From Octopus bimaculoides (taxonomy: Eukaryota), in the NCBI RefSeq assembly GCF_001194135.2, contig NC_069001.1, positions 21,323,738-21,377,750 of the forward strand: DNA of 54,013 nt. Reading direction: 5' to 3'. Positions 22,451 to 35,227 of the stretch are shown here, piece by piece. Within the stretch, counting starts at the first letter, position 1, and each line of letters begins with the position of its first letter. Position numbers and translations under genes: made by a program. The notes below the pieces were generated by a model that saw only the letters and a list, made by a program, of their open reading frames with translations, did not search any database and was not told the DNA's origin.

Positions 22451-23716
22451 GTCTTTGCACAGCTTCTAACACTGGAGATGTACTACGGTGTCAGCTGTTG
22501 ACTACTAGTTAACTAAGGTAACACCTCTTATTTTTCGAGCACCTTCCGGAGTATTCGAGTGGTTCCAAGCAGTGCTGTTTTCTGCAAGTTCTCCACCATT
22601 ATTGCAGCTCGTACTTCTCGAGATTTTTGCTCACTGTTCCCAGGGCTCCGACAATTATTGGTACTAACACTACCTTTTTCACCGACCACAACTGCTTAAC
22701 TTCCCAAGCTAACTTGTCATATCTCTCAAATTTTCTGTCTTCCTTATCGCATACCTTGTTGTCAGCCGGGCATGCTATATCTATGATCCAGAATAGTTTG
22801 TTTTCTTTCTAAATTAAGACTATGTATGGCTTCCTATTCTCTATCTCATGGTTGCACTGAATCATAAAATCCCATAGGATCTTTGCGTTATCATTTTCGA
22901 CAATGCATTCAGGTTTGTGGTGGTACCAATTCTTTGCTCTGTCAAGTCTATACTTGTTGCAAAGTGTCCAATGGACAAGCCTGGCTATATTGTCGTGGCG
23001 TCTCTTATATTCTTTCTGGGTTAGTGGCGTAAATTGGCAGGTAATATACCATACGGTATCACCGTTTTGTCCACAGATTCTGCACTTATCACTTTCTGCT
23101 GTGTTGTCTGTTCTGTATTTTATGTAGTTTGTTCTTAGTGCTTGCTCTTGGGCAGCAGAGNNNNNNNNNNATTTTATGTAGTTTGTTCTTAGTGCTTGCT
23201 CTTGGGCAGCAGAGATTAGAGCCTCCGTTTCCGGTTTTAAATCACTTTTAGTCATCCACAGCCATCTTTTTCACTGTCTGTCTGATCTTCAACATCCCTA
23301 TTAAATCGACCATGCATTCTTTTCTTTACCCACCTATTTTCAGTTTCATTCCTTTTCAATTGATTGTACTGTGCTTTCTCTTTGCAATCTTTCATCCTAT
23401 ACAAGCCTGACCTACACACGTCTAATAATAGCGGTTCTGTGATATTTTTTTTACATACCATGCTATGTTGTTTTCTGCTCTAAGGCTGTGTTCGCATCCA
23501 ATAAGTCCTCTTCCCCTTTTTTTTCTTGGTATATCCACTCTGCCCGTGTCACTTTTTGAGTGGAGTGACCCATATCTATTTAGCAACTTCCTTGTCTTTC
23601 TGTCTAAGCTGTTTAGTTCATCTACTGTCCATGCAATTACCCCTGTCCCATATCTAAGGAGTGAAACCGCCCCGGTGTTGATAGCTTCGATCTTATTCCG
23701 TCCGTTTAATTTCGAC

Positions 23717-23718
<2 letters not shown>
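22451..23718 (-). mobile_element. R4/Dong-clade non-LTR retrotransposon, 5'-truncated (copy A): RT thumb, CCHC and RLE endonuclease
   Basis: KSKLNGRNKIEAINT, RKKGGRGL, LKPETEALISAAQEQALRTNYIK, CRICGQ...RRHDNIARLVHW, KILWDF...IIDIACPADNKV..KE.RK.ERY, VPIIVGALGTV. Stops and frameshifts present; (AAT)n on both sides. Confidence 0.9.

Positions 23719-23809
<91 letters not shown>
23719..23809. repeat. (ATT)n microsatellite between Dong copies A and B
   Basis: About 30 perfect ATT units read directly. Confidence 0.97.
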
Positions 23810-23811
<2 letters not shown>

Positions 23812-24265
23812 TATACACACGACATATTAGACAGTTGGGAAAAAATTCCTAACATTGGGCTTTAGCAAGTAATCTTAGAGGCCAACAACCCCACTGAGTA
23901 TCCTAGCTGTCCATAATAACACTGTTTTCTGGAGCTGTAGTAAACTGGGTTTTATGCCTATTTCCTCTAACCATCTGTTCAAATCTTTAGGGATAGTTCC
24001 TAATGAACCTATAACTATTGGGATACATTTTACTAGCACTTTCCATAGTCTCTGTAATTCAATGGCTAGGTCCTGGTGCTTTGCTATTTTCTCTATATCT
24101 CTCATATTCATTTTTTCATCATTTGAGACTGTCAAGTCAATTATCTGGCACTTTCTATTCTCTTTATCTTATACTACTTAAACTGGCCTTCTAGCTTCTA
24201 TTACTCTGTCAGCTTGAATGTTAAAGTCCCACAGCATCTTATATGTCTTACTTTCTAGTACTTTA
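23810..24265 (-). mobile_element. R4/Dong-clade 3' fragment, second subfamily (copy B)
   Basis: KMLWDFNIQADRVIEARRP...CQIIDLTV...EKIAKHQDLAIELQRLW...IPIVIGSLGTIPK, an RLE domain. The 3' end runs into (AAT)n. Confidence 0.85.
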
Positions 24266-24389
24266 CATTTTGGCTTCTGTTTTTCGTTTTCCGCTTTCCG
24301 TTTTTTTGTTTTGCGTTGTTTATTATCTGCTTTTCTATATGCTGCCTTCTCGGTTTTTTCACGTTTCTTCCATTATTCAAATTCCAAAG

Positions 24390-25854
24390 TTATGACTATG
24401 GAATAACAACAATTAAATTCTGGTTGTTAAAGTTCCCCGAAGTACACTCGGAACGCATAAATCATGTCTTTATTATTGAATCTTTAAAATTTATTCTTCA
24501 GAACAATTATTTCCTATTTGATGGCACCTACTATCGTAAAAAAATGCGGAATCGCGATGGGAACGAAATCAGCCCCTGTGCTTGCGAACCCTATAATGGG
24601 TTATTTTGAATTCCCCATATATGACGTATCACTGCAAAAATATGGTTATCCATTCCACCATTACATAAGACAAAATTGGAAAAGATACCTGGACAAACTT
24701 TTGGAATTTAAATCAAGACCAAATTATATAAACAGTAACATTCCATTCACAATGAAAAATATCAAAGAGCAGCTCCCATTTTGGATATTATGATAAAAAA
24801 GTCAACAACTAAATTATAACTGACATCTATCATAAACCAACGAACTCGAAACAATATCCCTTTTTAGCTCATGCCACCCGAAACACCTCAAAATAAATAC
24901 CTCCTTTAATTTGGCAAAAATGATTTGCACAATAGTGTCTGATAGAATTATTCGGAACCTTCGTTTTCAAGACCTCAAAACAACACTAACTGAAAGACAA
25001 TATCCACCCTGACTTATAGACGATGGAATTAAGCGTGCCAAGAAATTAGACATAAAAACACTAAGGACAACAAAACATAACACTGCACCTCATCTCAAAA
25101 CACTACAGTGTATATCAACCCACAGCCCTAGAAACAATGAGGCATACAACACTATTGTTCAACAACTTCCTTTAATAACTAGAGACCCAAAAATGAACTA
25201 CATCCTGAAAGCACATAAATTCATCAAATGCAAGAAACATTTGTTACAAATCGATAAAGAGACTTGTAACAAATGCGAAACTTTACACAACAGACACAAA
25301 AACAACGGTTACAAAATGTGGACGCCTAAAATGTGGAACACGCCCCAACCTACCTTCAGATAGGTTGGGGCGTGTTCCACAACAAGGAGAGAGGTTCACA
25401 ATTAAACAAGGAGTGAGGTTCACAATTAAAACCAACTTCACTCGTGCCTCTGAGAACCTAATTTATGTAATAACCTGCTCGGGTTGTGGACATCACTATA
25501 TAGGACAGACAAGTATGACATTAAGACGGAGAACCACTGTACATAAAGAGCAGATCCGCCTCCTGCAATACAGACAAATTTCTTTAATTGAACACAGACA
25601 GATATGCAGGTAACATCAGACCAAAATTCACAGTTTTTCCCTTCTACCAGTGCAAAGGTACAATTTCTTTACAAGAACGTTTAAATAAAAAAAACTTCAT
25701 TCATCGAAAAGTACAGAACATGTCTAAATATGCACACATAACCGACTTTGATCTCTATACATATTTTAATTCACGATTTCATACCCATCACTGTACATAT
25801 TTCTCCCCACTACTCTAGATTTTGAATTTTTGTGTGTATACACACACACACGCA

Positions 25855-25916
<62 letters not shown>

Positions 25917-26400
25917 NNNNNNNNNNNNNNNNNNNNNNNNNNNNNNNNNNNNNNNNNNNNNNNNNNNNNNNNNNNNNNNNNNNNNNNNNNNNNNNNNNNN
26001 NNNNNNNNNNNNNNNNNNNNNNNNNNNNNNNNNNNNNNNNNNNNNNNNNNNNNNNNNNNNNNNNNNNNNNNNNNNNNNNNNNNNNNNNNNNNNNNNNNNN
26101 NNNNNNNNNNNNNNNNNNNNNNNNNNNATAAACAATTACCTCCTTTTAGATTTTTCTACTTGCTGAATCGTTCATTCATAAACTCCACACAACATGGGCA
26201 AAAACGTTTTTCTCAAGAAAATACGTAAATAAATTTTAATGTCATGATCAGCGAAAGCGAAACCGGTCGACAAACACAGTACAAGATATATTAAAAATTA
26301 TATTAAAAGTATGTAAAGTGTGTGTATTTTTCTTTTTTAATTTCTTATATATATTACAACTCACCATGTTGGATAATCGAAAGTCTTCCTTTTCTGTTTA
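24390..26400 (+). mobile_element. Penelope-like element (Neptune-type RT plus GIY-YIG), 5'-truncated and decayed, with pLTR beyond the gap
   Basis: CGIAMGTKSAPVLAN, WKRYLD, TDIYHKPTNSKQY, HPKH, linker KCGR.KCGT, and ENLIYVITCSGCGHHYIGQTSMTLRRRTTVH. A hammerhead-like motif lies at 26240-26272. Confidence 0.9.
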
Positions 26401-26693
26401 TATATATATATATATATATATAATGTTTATTTGTTTGATTGTATATGCTTATATACATTTATATGCATAAATATTTTTGTCTAAAAACAACGCGAAGAAA
26501 CACTTTCCGTATATTCTGAATGTTTTTTGCTTGCATAAACACTAGTTCTTGTTCATACGTGCAGATATACTCAATATGTAGAAACACAAATTTGTTACAT
26601 TTAAATTAGTTAATTTATAGATGTTCTTTTGCGGCGAACTATGTGTATAATTTTATTTGCCTTTATGTTTAGTGTCATACATATATAAATATA

Positions 26694-26870
26694 AGGCAGT
26701 GAGCTGGCAGAAACGTTAGCACGCCGAGCGATATGCTTAGTAGTATTTTGTGTATTTACGTTCTGAGTTCGGGATCGATAAATGAAGTACCAGTTGCATA
26801 TTGGGTCGATCTAATCGACTGGCCCCCTCTCCAAATATTTCGGGCCTTGTGCCAAGAATAGAAAAGAATA
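26694..26870 (+). mobile_element. tRNA-derived SINE family 2, internally deleted
   Basis: Head aggcagtgagctggcagaaacgttagcacgccg, B-box-like gagttc and tail ggccttgtgccaagaatagaaaagaata. Confidence 0.85.
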
Positions 26871-28899
26871 TATATTTAAATATATAAACTCATATATGCT
26901 GCATAGTAATCCGATACAACTCTAACGGAAATGTGTTTCTGTGATTTGGTGCTCTGAGGAAAGTCCACTCGGCACAATGTGAGTGAATGCAACATAGACA
27001 TATAGACCTGTCAGATCAAGAAAAGTTTCTGAAAACTTAAAAGTGCTGAAATGGAATAGCGTATCTCATGGAATAAAAGGAATGCGCAGAACTCCTTCAA
27101 ACTTTCCGCAACCAGTCAAAAGTCTTCCCTAGCACGGTGCATAATATTTTTGACATATAGTCACGGTTTATCATGTACTGTTAGAGAGGCTTGGTGTCTC
27201 CAAATTTCGTAGAAACATAATACGTTCTTCTAATAATATTTGTGCTTCATTGAAACGTAATGAATGACAGCATGTGACAGAGGAAAATAGGAAAACTGTT
27301 ACTTCGTTGGCTGCATCGCTAATGCAAGCAGTTGAATGACTTGTATTATGTTCATTGATTTGGTATCTCTTGAATGATTGTAATATCGATATCTTGCACA
27401 AAGTCGTTTCAAACAGCCACATTATAATTCTGTGGTAGGTTTTGATAGATTTTCAATAAAATTTGTTCACATGCACTGATAGTTGTTCCGCAATTTTTAT
27501 CATATTTTGACATCTCTACATTATGACCAACTGGTAGCATATTATTGTCCACAGCTGATTTTGCAAACAAAGTGGAAATCTCATATTGATAGAATGATTA
27601 TATCTTGCCTCTCGTGAACAAATGTAGGCTTCTCTGATGAACGACAGTTTTTGGCAGAATTTCCTTGTAATGAGTCCCTTATTTTATCCTAGTATTTTTT
27701 TTTACTCCTGGATTTTGTAAAGTCTGATCGGGAACCACAAATGTATGTCTACAAGACATCATGCGTTCAACTAATATTTTCTATTCCGTCTGTCTTAGAA
27801 AATTTGACAAGATTGCACAAACGACTGCCACTGTGTGCAAAAATGAATGTCAGGTTTTAAAAAATGTCAGTTTAAATTCAGAATTAACATTCTTATACAT
27901 ACGTATAAGTAAACTTATACATATGTATAAGTAAACTTGCAGTAAATCGAAATTAGATTATTGCAATAGATATTTGCGTGAGTGAGAGAAATTTTTCTAA
28001 ATTTACTTAGATCAAAAACCATTTCACTTTCCAACAGAAACATCAAGGTAAACGATCCATTTGAGTCAGTTTTGACCAATTGTTTTATCATTTTATAACC
28101 GTTTCTCATCTGGTAACGAGTAATTCATTTTGAAGCCATAATGTTCCAGTTCCTGAATAGTATTTGGTTGCGTAAAGATACTCTCAGTTGATGAGTTTCT
28201 ACTGGAGCTTGTAATCCACACTTACCAAAATCCTTGTGAATGTCTCTATATGGCTAATGTGCGTATTTCGAGTTTTTTTTTTGCGTGTGTTTCAGTATAT
28301 CTTCTCTCACACTGTCCCGAGGATTAGACGAAAGTTGCAGCGGGTAGGTTGTTATGCAGTCAAAGAAAATGAAAGAAATAACCTCCTCACGTTGCAAGAT
28401 AAATTCAAAACTGCCGTCTCTTCTAAAATAGTCTTTCAATTTGCATCATTTTCTAAGAAGCATCATCCCAAACAAACTTTATAGTATACTGTACGGGCAT
28501 ATCAGGCAACTGAAAGATAAGACTGGATCATGAATTTTGTGATGGAGCTGTCTCTGATTTAAGCAGAGTCTTTTACTCTTTTACATGTTTCAGTCATTTG
28601 CCTGCGGTCATACTAGAGCACCGCCTTAACTCTTCATTTAAAAATCATATTTTCAAATATGTTTATACATTAGAAGATAGAAGATCATTGCTTCACGTTA
28701 AAAGATTGCTTAAACTTCTAAAGCATTCAAATATTTAGGTATTATGAAATTTTAGCCGGGCTGTTAACATTTATAAAATGTGAAATACACCCTAACATAT
28801 CAAACGTTAAGAGAGTGAGTTAAAGAGCATAAAGTCTTATTCTAAAAATATGAACGTATTTTAATAACGATTATGCTCCAAGCTTATACTGCCTATTAC

Positions 28900-29280
<381 letters not shown>

Positions 29281-30247
29281 TTTGTGTGTGTGTATGACAA
29301 AGTTTGATGATAGAATGAAATGTAAAGAAAATTTAGTTTGTACTTCTTTTAGTCTTTATACTTCTCTTCAATTCATCATCTCTGTTTCACCGTAAGGCGA
29401 TAATCTCGAATCCAGGTTACTTTTGTTGAAGCATAATTCTGTATGTTGCATCTAAATCCCATTACGAAATGTGAATATTCGTTGAAATATGGTACAACGT
29501 ACATGCTCACTTACATACGCAGCCACCAACCTACATACGTATATTTACTTACACACAGGCTCACACNNNNNNNNNNAGTATTGTGAGTCAAACTGAGAGA
29601 AAGCAGTGTGTCATTAAAGCTGAGCTCTTTTTACGCAAAGTAAACGAAACTAATTATTTTATTTAAAAATAAACTTTAATTTTTGTGTAAAGAGACAATT
29701 TCAAATTTCTCTTCAGCTAAAAAAATGAGATTCATTTTAGAAATATGCATTATGGTGAAATTAATTTTAAATTAGATAAAAATTTCTTTTATATGAAATT
29801 AGCCTTGTGTGCTAAATACACGATGTAAATTTATATCAGTGACAATGAATATATTAAAACTATTTCACGAGTTAATTTAATTGTGTATGCATTACAAATA
29901 ACCAGGCTGGTGGGACATAATTCAAGATAGACTTTTGTTTGTTCATTTCTATCATAATTATATATAGATAAGATTTAGTCATTATTTCAGTTAGTTTTAT
30001 TATTTTGAATTGAAGTAATACGTGTCCTTAGATTAATTTCATAATACATGATAAAAGACATATTGACTGAATTATTGAATCGATAAAAAGAATTACGCTT
30101 TGGTTGAAATCTTTTATGGTTTCTAGCATCAAGATTGAATGTATCCGGTTTAATTAAATAATTTCATATATAAACAAAAATTGAATCTCTTAATACCAGG
30201 GCAAAAAAAGGTGATTGAAATAAGTTAATATATTACAAGTGATTAAT

Positions 30248-30437
30248 GCGGACAGCTGGCAGAATCATTAGCACGCCAGGCAAAAATGCTTATAAGCATT
30301 TCGTCTACCTTCTGAGTTCATCTTCCAATGAGGTCGACTTTGCCTTTCAGGGTCGATAAAATAAGTATCTATTGGGCATTGGGATCGTTGTAATCGACTT
30401 ACCCACTCCTCTGACCTTGTCTCAAAACTGGAAACCA
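30248..30437 (+). mobile_element. SINE family 2, diverged copy
   Basis: gctggcagaatcattagcacgcc...gaggtcgactttgcctttc...gtaatcgacttac. Confidence 0.8.
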
Positions 30438-31633
30438 GTGTATTAGATACGTTATTACCAATCAACTTAAACTTCAGTATGTTATTCACACTGAGACGTT
30501 CTGAGTTTTTATGAAGCGGGTCAGAAAATGTTTTTGCGAACTATCGCATGGTAAATTTTATAAGAATCTGCATATAGTAAACAAAAGTTATATATGATGA
30601 TTTTAAGTCCACAAAAGAGATGCGAAATATTATCTCTTATGAGAATGTGTTATATGTAAAAGAGTATTGTTTGTTTGTTTTTTTTTTTTTTCTTTTCAAA
30701 GTTTCAGCTCAGAGCTGCGGCCATGCTGATGCACCACCGTGTTGTTAAAAAAAGGTGTATGTTTTTGTTTAAGGAAATGTATTGGAGTAGCATTACATGC
30801 GGGATGTGGTTGAAAGTAGTGTTGCGAATGAACAAACATTTCAATCAGTTCAAATGTTTGGAACATGTGTTCTGTACAAAAGCTGTATTGGCTGCTATTT
30901 GCGTTAAGGACATTTCTCGCTTTAGAAAATGGGTGTTGGAAAACACCATCAGTCATTTCAAGGCACCCTCTCGTGGAAACAGTGAATGCATTTCAAGCTT
31001 TTTAGCTATTGTCAGCACCATGTACAGCAAAAGATACAACTCTGAAATGATTTTGGAAACATCAACACATAAGCTGATCATTGTGTGTAATTTGAAAAAA
31101 CACTTATGGAAGTTAAAAATGAATTCACAGAAAATATATCAAATGATACATGGGTTAATATACGGATATTATTTTTGTAAAACAGCTAACGATTTATGAG
31201 TAAAGTGAGAAAAATATTGTAAATTACTTAACCCATTTTCTACTTTATAATAATACGGTTTGCAATGTGCTACTCTTTCATAATCTTTTCATTTAATACC
31301 ATTCCTGCCCTAACATCCATAATAAAAAATAAATCATGACCTATTGTAATTATTATTCCTTTCATTAAAACGAAACTGTGCTATCTAATACCAATTGTAG
31401 ATATATTACCTTGTTCCATGCGTGGAAATAAAGAGGTTCCTTTCTATCAAATGTATTGTCTCTCTTACACACTCCCCACACTCTCACACTCTCCTTGCTC
31501 TCTCTCCCTCTCTCTGTCTCTCTCTCTCTCACACACATGTACACATATATGTATATCTATATTTATATATACATATATATGTATCCTTTATCTTTTACTT
31601 CTTTCAGTCATTAGACTGTGGCCATGCTACGGC

Positions 31634-33246
31634 ACTGACATACAGACATCAATTTATTAGAATATAATACAATTCTGAACAATGTTAAACTCATTTTTAC
31701 CTACAATTGTTTCCATACCGAATTAAATCAATTTGAGAAATTAAATTGAATTATATCAAATTAAAATTCCATATCGAATATCGCTAATTGTTTAATAATT
31801 ATTGGAAAAAAAAAGACGTAGTGTATAGATGTAAAGTGAATTCTGAAGGTAAAAATTTCTTTTACATCAGTGCTACGCAAAACTGTATCACAAAACGCAT
31901 CGTTAATCACAATTATATATTTAATAATCAAAATAAGTCGTCTTATACCAGTCTTAGTAAATTTATTTGGGACTTAAAGGACAAGAATAAAATGTTTACT
32001 GTGGAGTGGGAATGAATAAGCAGGGTAGTGTCTGTAAAATTGGCAATGCTTTTTGTTTTCTGAGTAGAAGAATTATACGAAATCTTAAATTCCAAACGTA
32101 GACTCCTTAACACAAGGAGGAAGGGTGGGTATCCTGTGTTCACGCCTATAAACATATTTTCCAAAACTACCATTAAATACAATGTAAAAGTTACCAGGAC
32201 TATAAATTTAGGCGGTATCTTAGAATTAATATACTAACAATTATAACTATAAAGATTAGGTAATTCTTAGTAGATATATTAATATTAAAATATAAAACAA
32301 ATGGTAAATATGGACATAAGGTTTTATTTTATTTACAGGTAACTGTATTATATACAGGTTAAAAGGATTTTAATTTAAGTACGTATCTTAGGAAACTGTG
32401 ATTAATACATTTAAAAAATTATTGGTAATCTTAAGTTAAAGATACAACGTATTAATTCAATAATGATTTTAATTTTTATAAATTTCATCAATTTTGGTTT
32501 GTTAACGTTAGTGCTTTCCTCAATTAAGCTCACGTATATCTATCTGTTCACACTATTATGTAAAAAATTATATTGATGACGTAAAACTCAGCTATGATAA
32601 TTAGTAAGCAGTTTTGATTTGTCATCGTCTAGTAGTTTTCAACACATTAACACACGCACACACGCACATAGTTACGTAATGAAAATATTACATATACGTA
32701 ACTATGGTTTTTAAAATAAAAGATTATAATAATAACGTATTATTTAACTATAATTTATAGATTGCAACTGGGTGACTTACAATAAATGTCTTAGGTGATT
32801 AAATACTTTAATGACATTTCAATCTATCATAAGTAATAATGTATATTAGGAATAACGGTTTTTAGCTCCTAGATTTAAAGTAATCGTATCGAAATATCGT
32901 TTAAGCTAACCAACGGATATTTTGTTTTTGTTTTCTCAACACATTATACATGCACGCGCACAAATGCATTAAACAAGTTTGCATTTACATATACATGAGT
33001 AAAGGTTTTTTAAATACATTGGTTGCTGAAACGCAGTTGACTGAGCCTATCAAGGGTCAAACAACACATCGGAATGTAGCTCCTCTGATGAAAAACTCAC
33101 TTAACGATATTTGATATGGAAATTTAATTTAATTTAATTTCTCAAATTGATTTAATTGAGCATGGAAACGATTATAGGTAAACTTGAGTTTGATATTGTT
33201 CAGAATTGTATTATGTTCTAATAAATTGATGTCTATATGTCAGTTT
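31634..33246 (+). mobile_element. Penelope-like GIY-YIG remnant (probably Naiad-type) bracketed by about 150-bp inverted repeats
   Basis: 31788-32015 encodes VVYRCKV...FYISATQN...KRIVNH...TSLSKFIWDLK...VEWE. 31634-31787 is the reverse complement of about 33101-33246. Confidence 0.7.
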
Positions 33247-33962
33247 CTCCGTTTTCCTTTTGTCACACAGCAAAAATAAAAAGTAGTACACCCATCATGT
33301 CCATCAATGCGAAGCTGACATCTTTGGTTCTTCACTGATACACTAGATGAAACCGGGGAGCTTAGACATCCCTGTAAGAGGATTTAATTTGTGTCCGTGG
33401 GAAGAGGCATTTTAACGATGCATCCTGCCCTAACTCTTCGAAATGCCAGTGTTATAATGGTGGCAGCTGATGATGGATATGTTCTCTATGAGGCCTGTGT
33501 GTTTTTTGTACCTTGTTTATAATTTTGTCCATGTTTTTTTGCAACGTCATGTACCCAGATATGCATCTATATATACATGTAGATGAAGGTATGTACATAC
33601 ATGTACATATATATGCATATACTCATATATTATATNNNNNNNNNNNNNNNNNNNNNNNNNNNNNNNNNNNNNNNNNNNNNNNNNNNNNNNNNNNNNNNNN
33701 NNNNNNNNNNNNNNNNNNNNNNNNNNNNNNNNNNNNNNNNNNNNNNNNNNNNNNNNNNNNNNNNNNNNNNNNNNNNNNNNNNNNNNNNNNNNNNNNNNNN
33801 NNNNNNNNNNNNNNNNNNNNNNNNNNNNNNNNNNNNNNNNNNNNNNNNNNNNNNNNNNNNNNNNNNNNNNNNNNNNNNNNNNNNNNNNNNNNNNNNNNNN
33901 NNNNNNNNNNNNNNNNNNNNNNNNNNNNNNNNNNNNNNNNNNNNNNNNNNNNNNNNNNNNNN

Positions 33963-34003
<41 letters not shown>

Positions 34004-34024
34004 TAAATGACTAATACGGAATAT

Positions 34025-34243
34025 AGAGCATGCTGGACTATTTTCCATCTTGCTGGCACGTTACGTAATAGCACCTATTTTCCGGTGTAGGATGAAGGTT
34101 TTAGTAAGTTATAATTAAAATTGAAGTTTAGATATGAAAGTTTAGAATTTAGCATCCAAACCTTATTTTGGGTTTGTCCCAAACCGGGAAAATGTGCCAT
34201 TACGTAGCGTGCCATGAAGATGGAAAAGATTCCAGTACACTCT
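34025..34243. mobile_element. Unclassified MITE with about 60-bp imperfect TIRs
   Basis: 34033-34086 ctggactattttccatcttgctggcacgttacgtaatagcac pairs with 34183-34235 (rc ctggaatcttttccatcttcatggcacgctacgtaatggcac). Confidence 0.7.
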
Positions 34244-34639
34244 GTCTTCTGTACCAATTATTTAAAATATATTCAACGTGTACCAAGGAATTTCTACCGT
34301 AGACTCAACGACCAAACACCATTTACTGCGGATGATGCCTGGTAGTCGTAATATGTAAAATAGTATTTTTTCGCCGAAATAGAAGTTCCAGTTTCCTTTG
34401 AACTTACGTTAGTTACAAACATATATTTTACATGTGCATAACTTATATTTGTCATAACATATTAGTTGTCATTATAAAATTATCATAATTCTCCAATCCA
34501 ATTTCAAATATTTGTTATAAGACTTATTTGTGTAGACATACAAGTGGTTTTTATATATTACAACATTTGGAGATGTTTCTGAATCTTACTTCAGTATACT
34601 GACACCCAAATATTAAATTAAACTTTCATTTAATAATAA

Positions 34640-34780
34640 TTATTTCTAAAGTTGGCAGAAGACCAAAAATGTAAGCTTTGATCCAAGTACTTGGTTATAA
34701 CCCTATTTTATTGATCTCAAAAGGATGAAAGGCGAAGTTAACCTTAGCTGGATTTGAACTCAGAAAGTAAAGATTTCCAT
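34640..34780 (-). mobile_element. SINE family 2 fragment
   Basis: aaaggatgaaaggcgaagttaacc...tttgaactcagaa is the reverse complement of the family core; preceded by taataataat. Confidence 0.7.
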
Positions 34781-34784
34781 AGGA

Positions 34785-35200
34785 GACCCAGCTTAAAGAT
34801 CTCCAGAACTGACCAGACTGTCCATTCTTGTCGATGCTCTCAGTCTCCCCGAGAAGGTCGTCGTTTTTCTCCGCCAAAACCCTCTGCAGAACACCAGAAT
34901 GGAAGTTCCACAGCATTGACCGAACGGTAGAGGACTGTGAGCGCCTAACCGGTGGAACACCTTTCTTTCACAGAAAGCGGAAGAGCAAGTCAAGTATTCC
35001 AGTCCGGTGAGGCGTGAACTGTGACAAAGCGCGACGGTTATGTGGTTATATATGGTGGCGGCGTTGTATTCGTTCACCACCACTGTTCGACATTTCTCTC
35101 GACCCACTTCTGAGTGAAAATGGCCACCTTACCTGTCACCTTCTCCCAGATCTACTACACTTGGGAATCGGGAGCAAACGAAACCCCGAGCAATTAACAG
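34785..35200 (-). mobile_element. L1/Tx1-clade ORF2 fragment, post-RT region
   Basis: WEKVTGKVAIFTQKWVERN...VVNEYNAATIYNHITV matches the L1/Tx1 segment W....LSL.GR...N. Confidence 0.6.
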
Positions 35201-35227
35201 GTCAGCCTGTCAATAACACTAACAGTG

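Noticed and set aside
23113-23218. Apparent 48-bp direct repeat inside Dong copy A; same pattern at 36399-36468 and 22380-22440
   Set aside because: Identical sequence on both sides of a 9-10 N gap is an unmerged contig overlap.
32013-32015. TGA in the Naiad-like GIY-YIG frame as possible selenocysteine
   Set aside because: The copy is frameshifted and decayed and I see no SECIS, so an ordinary nonsense mutation is simpler.
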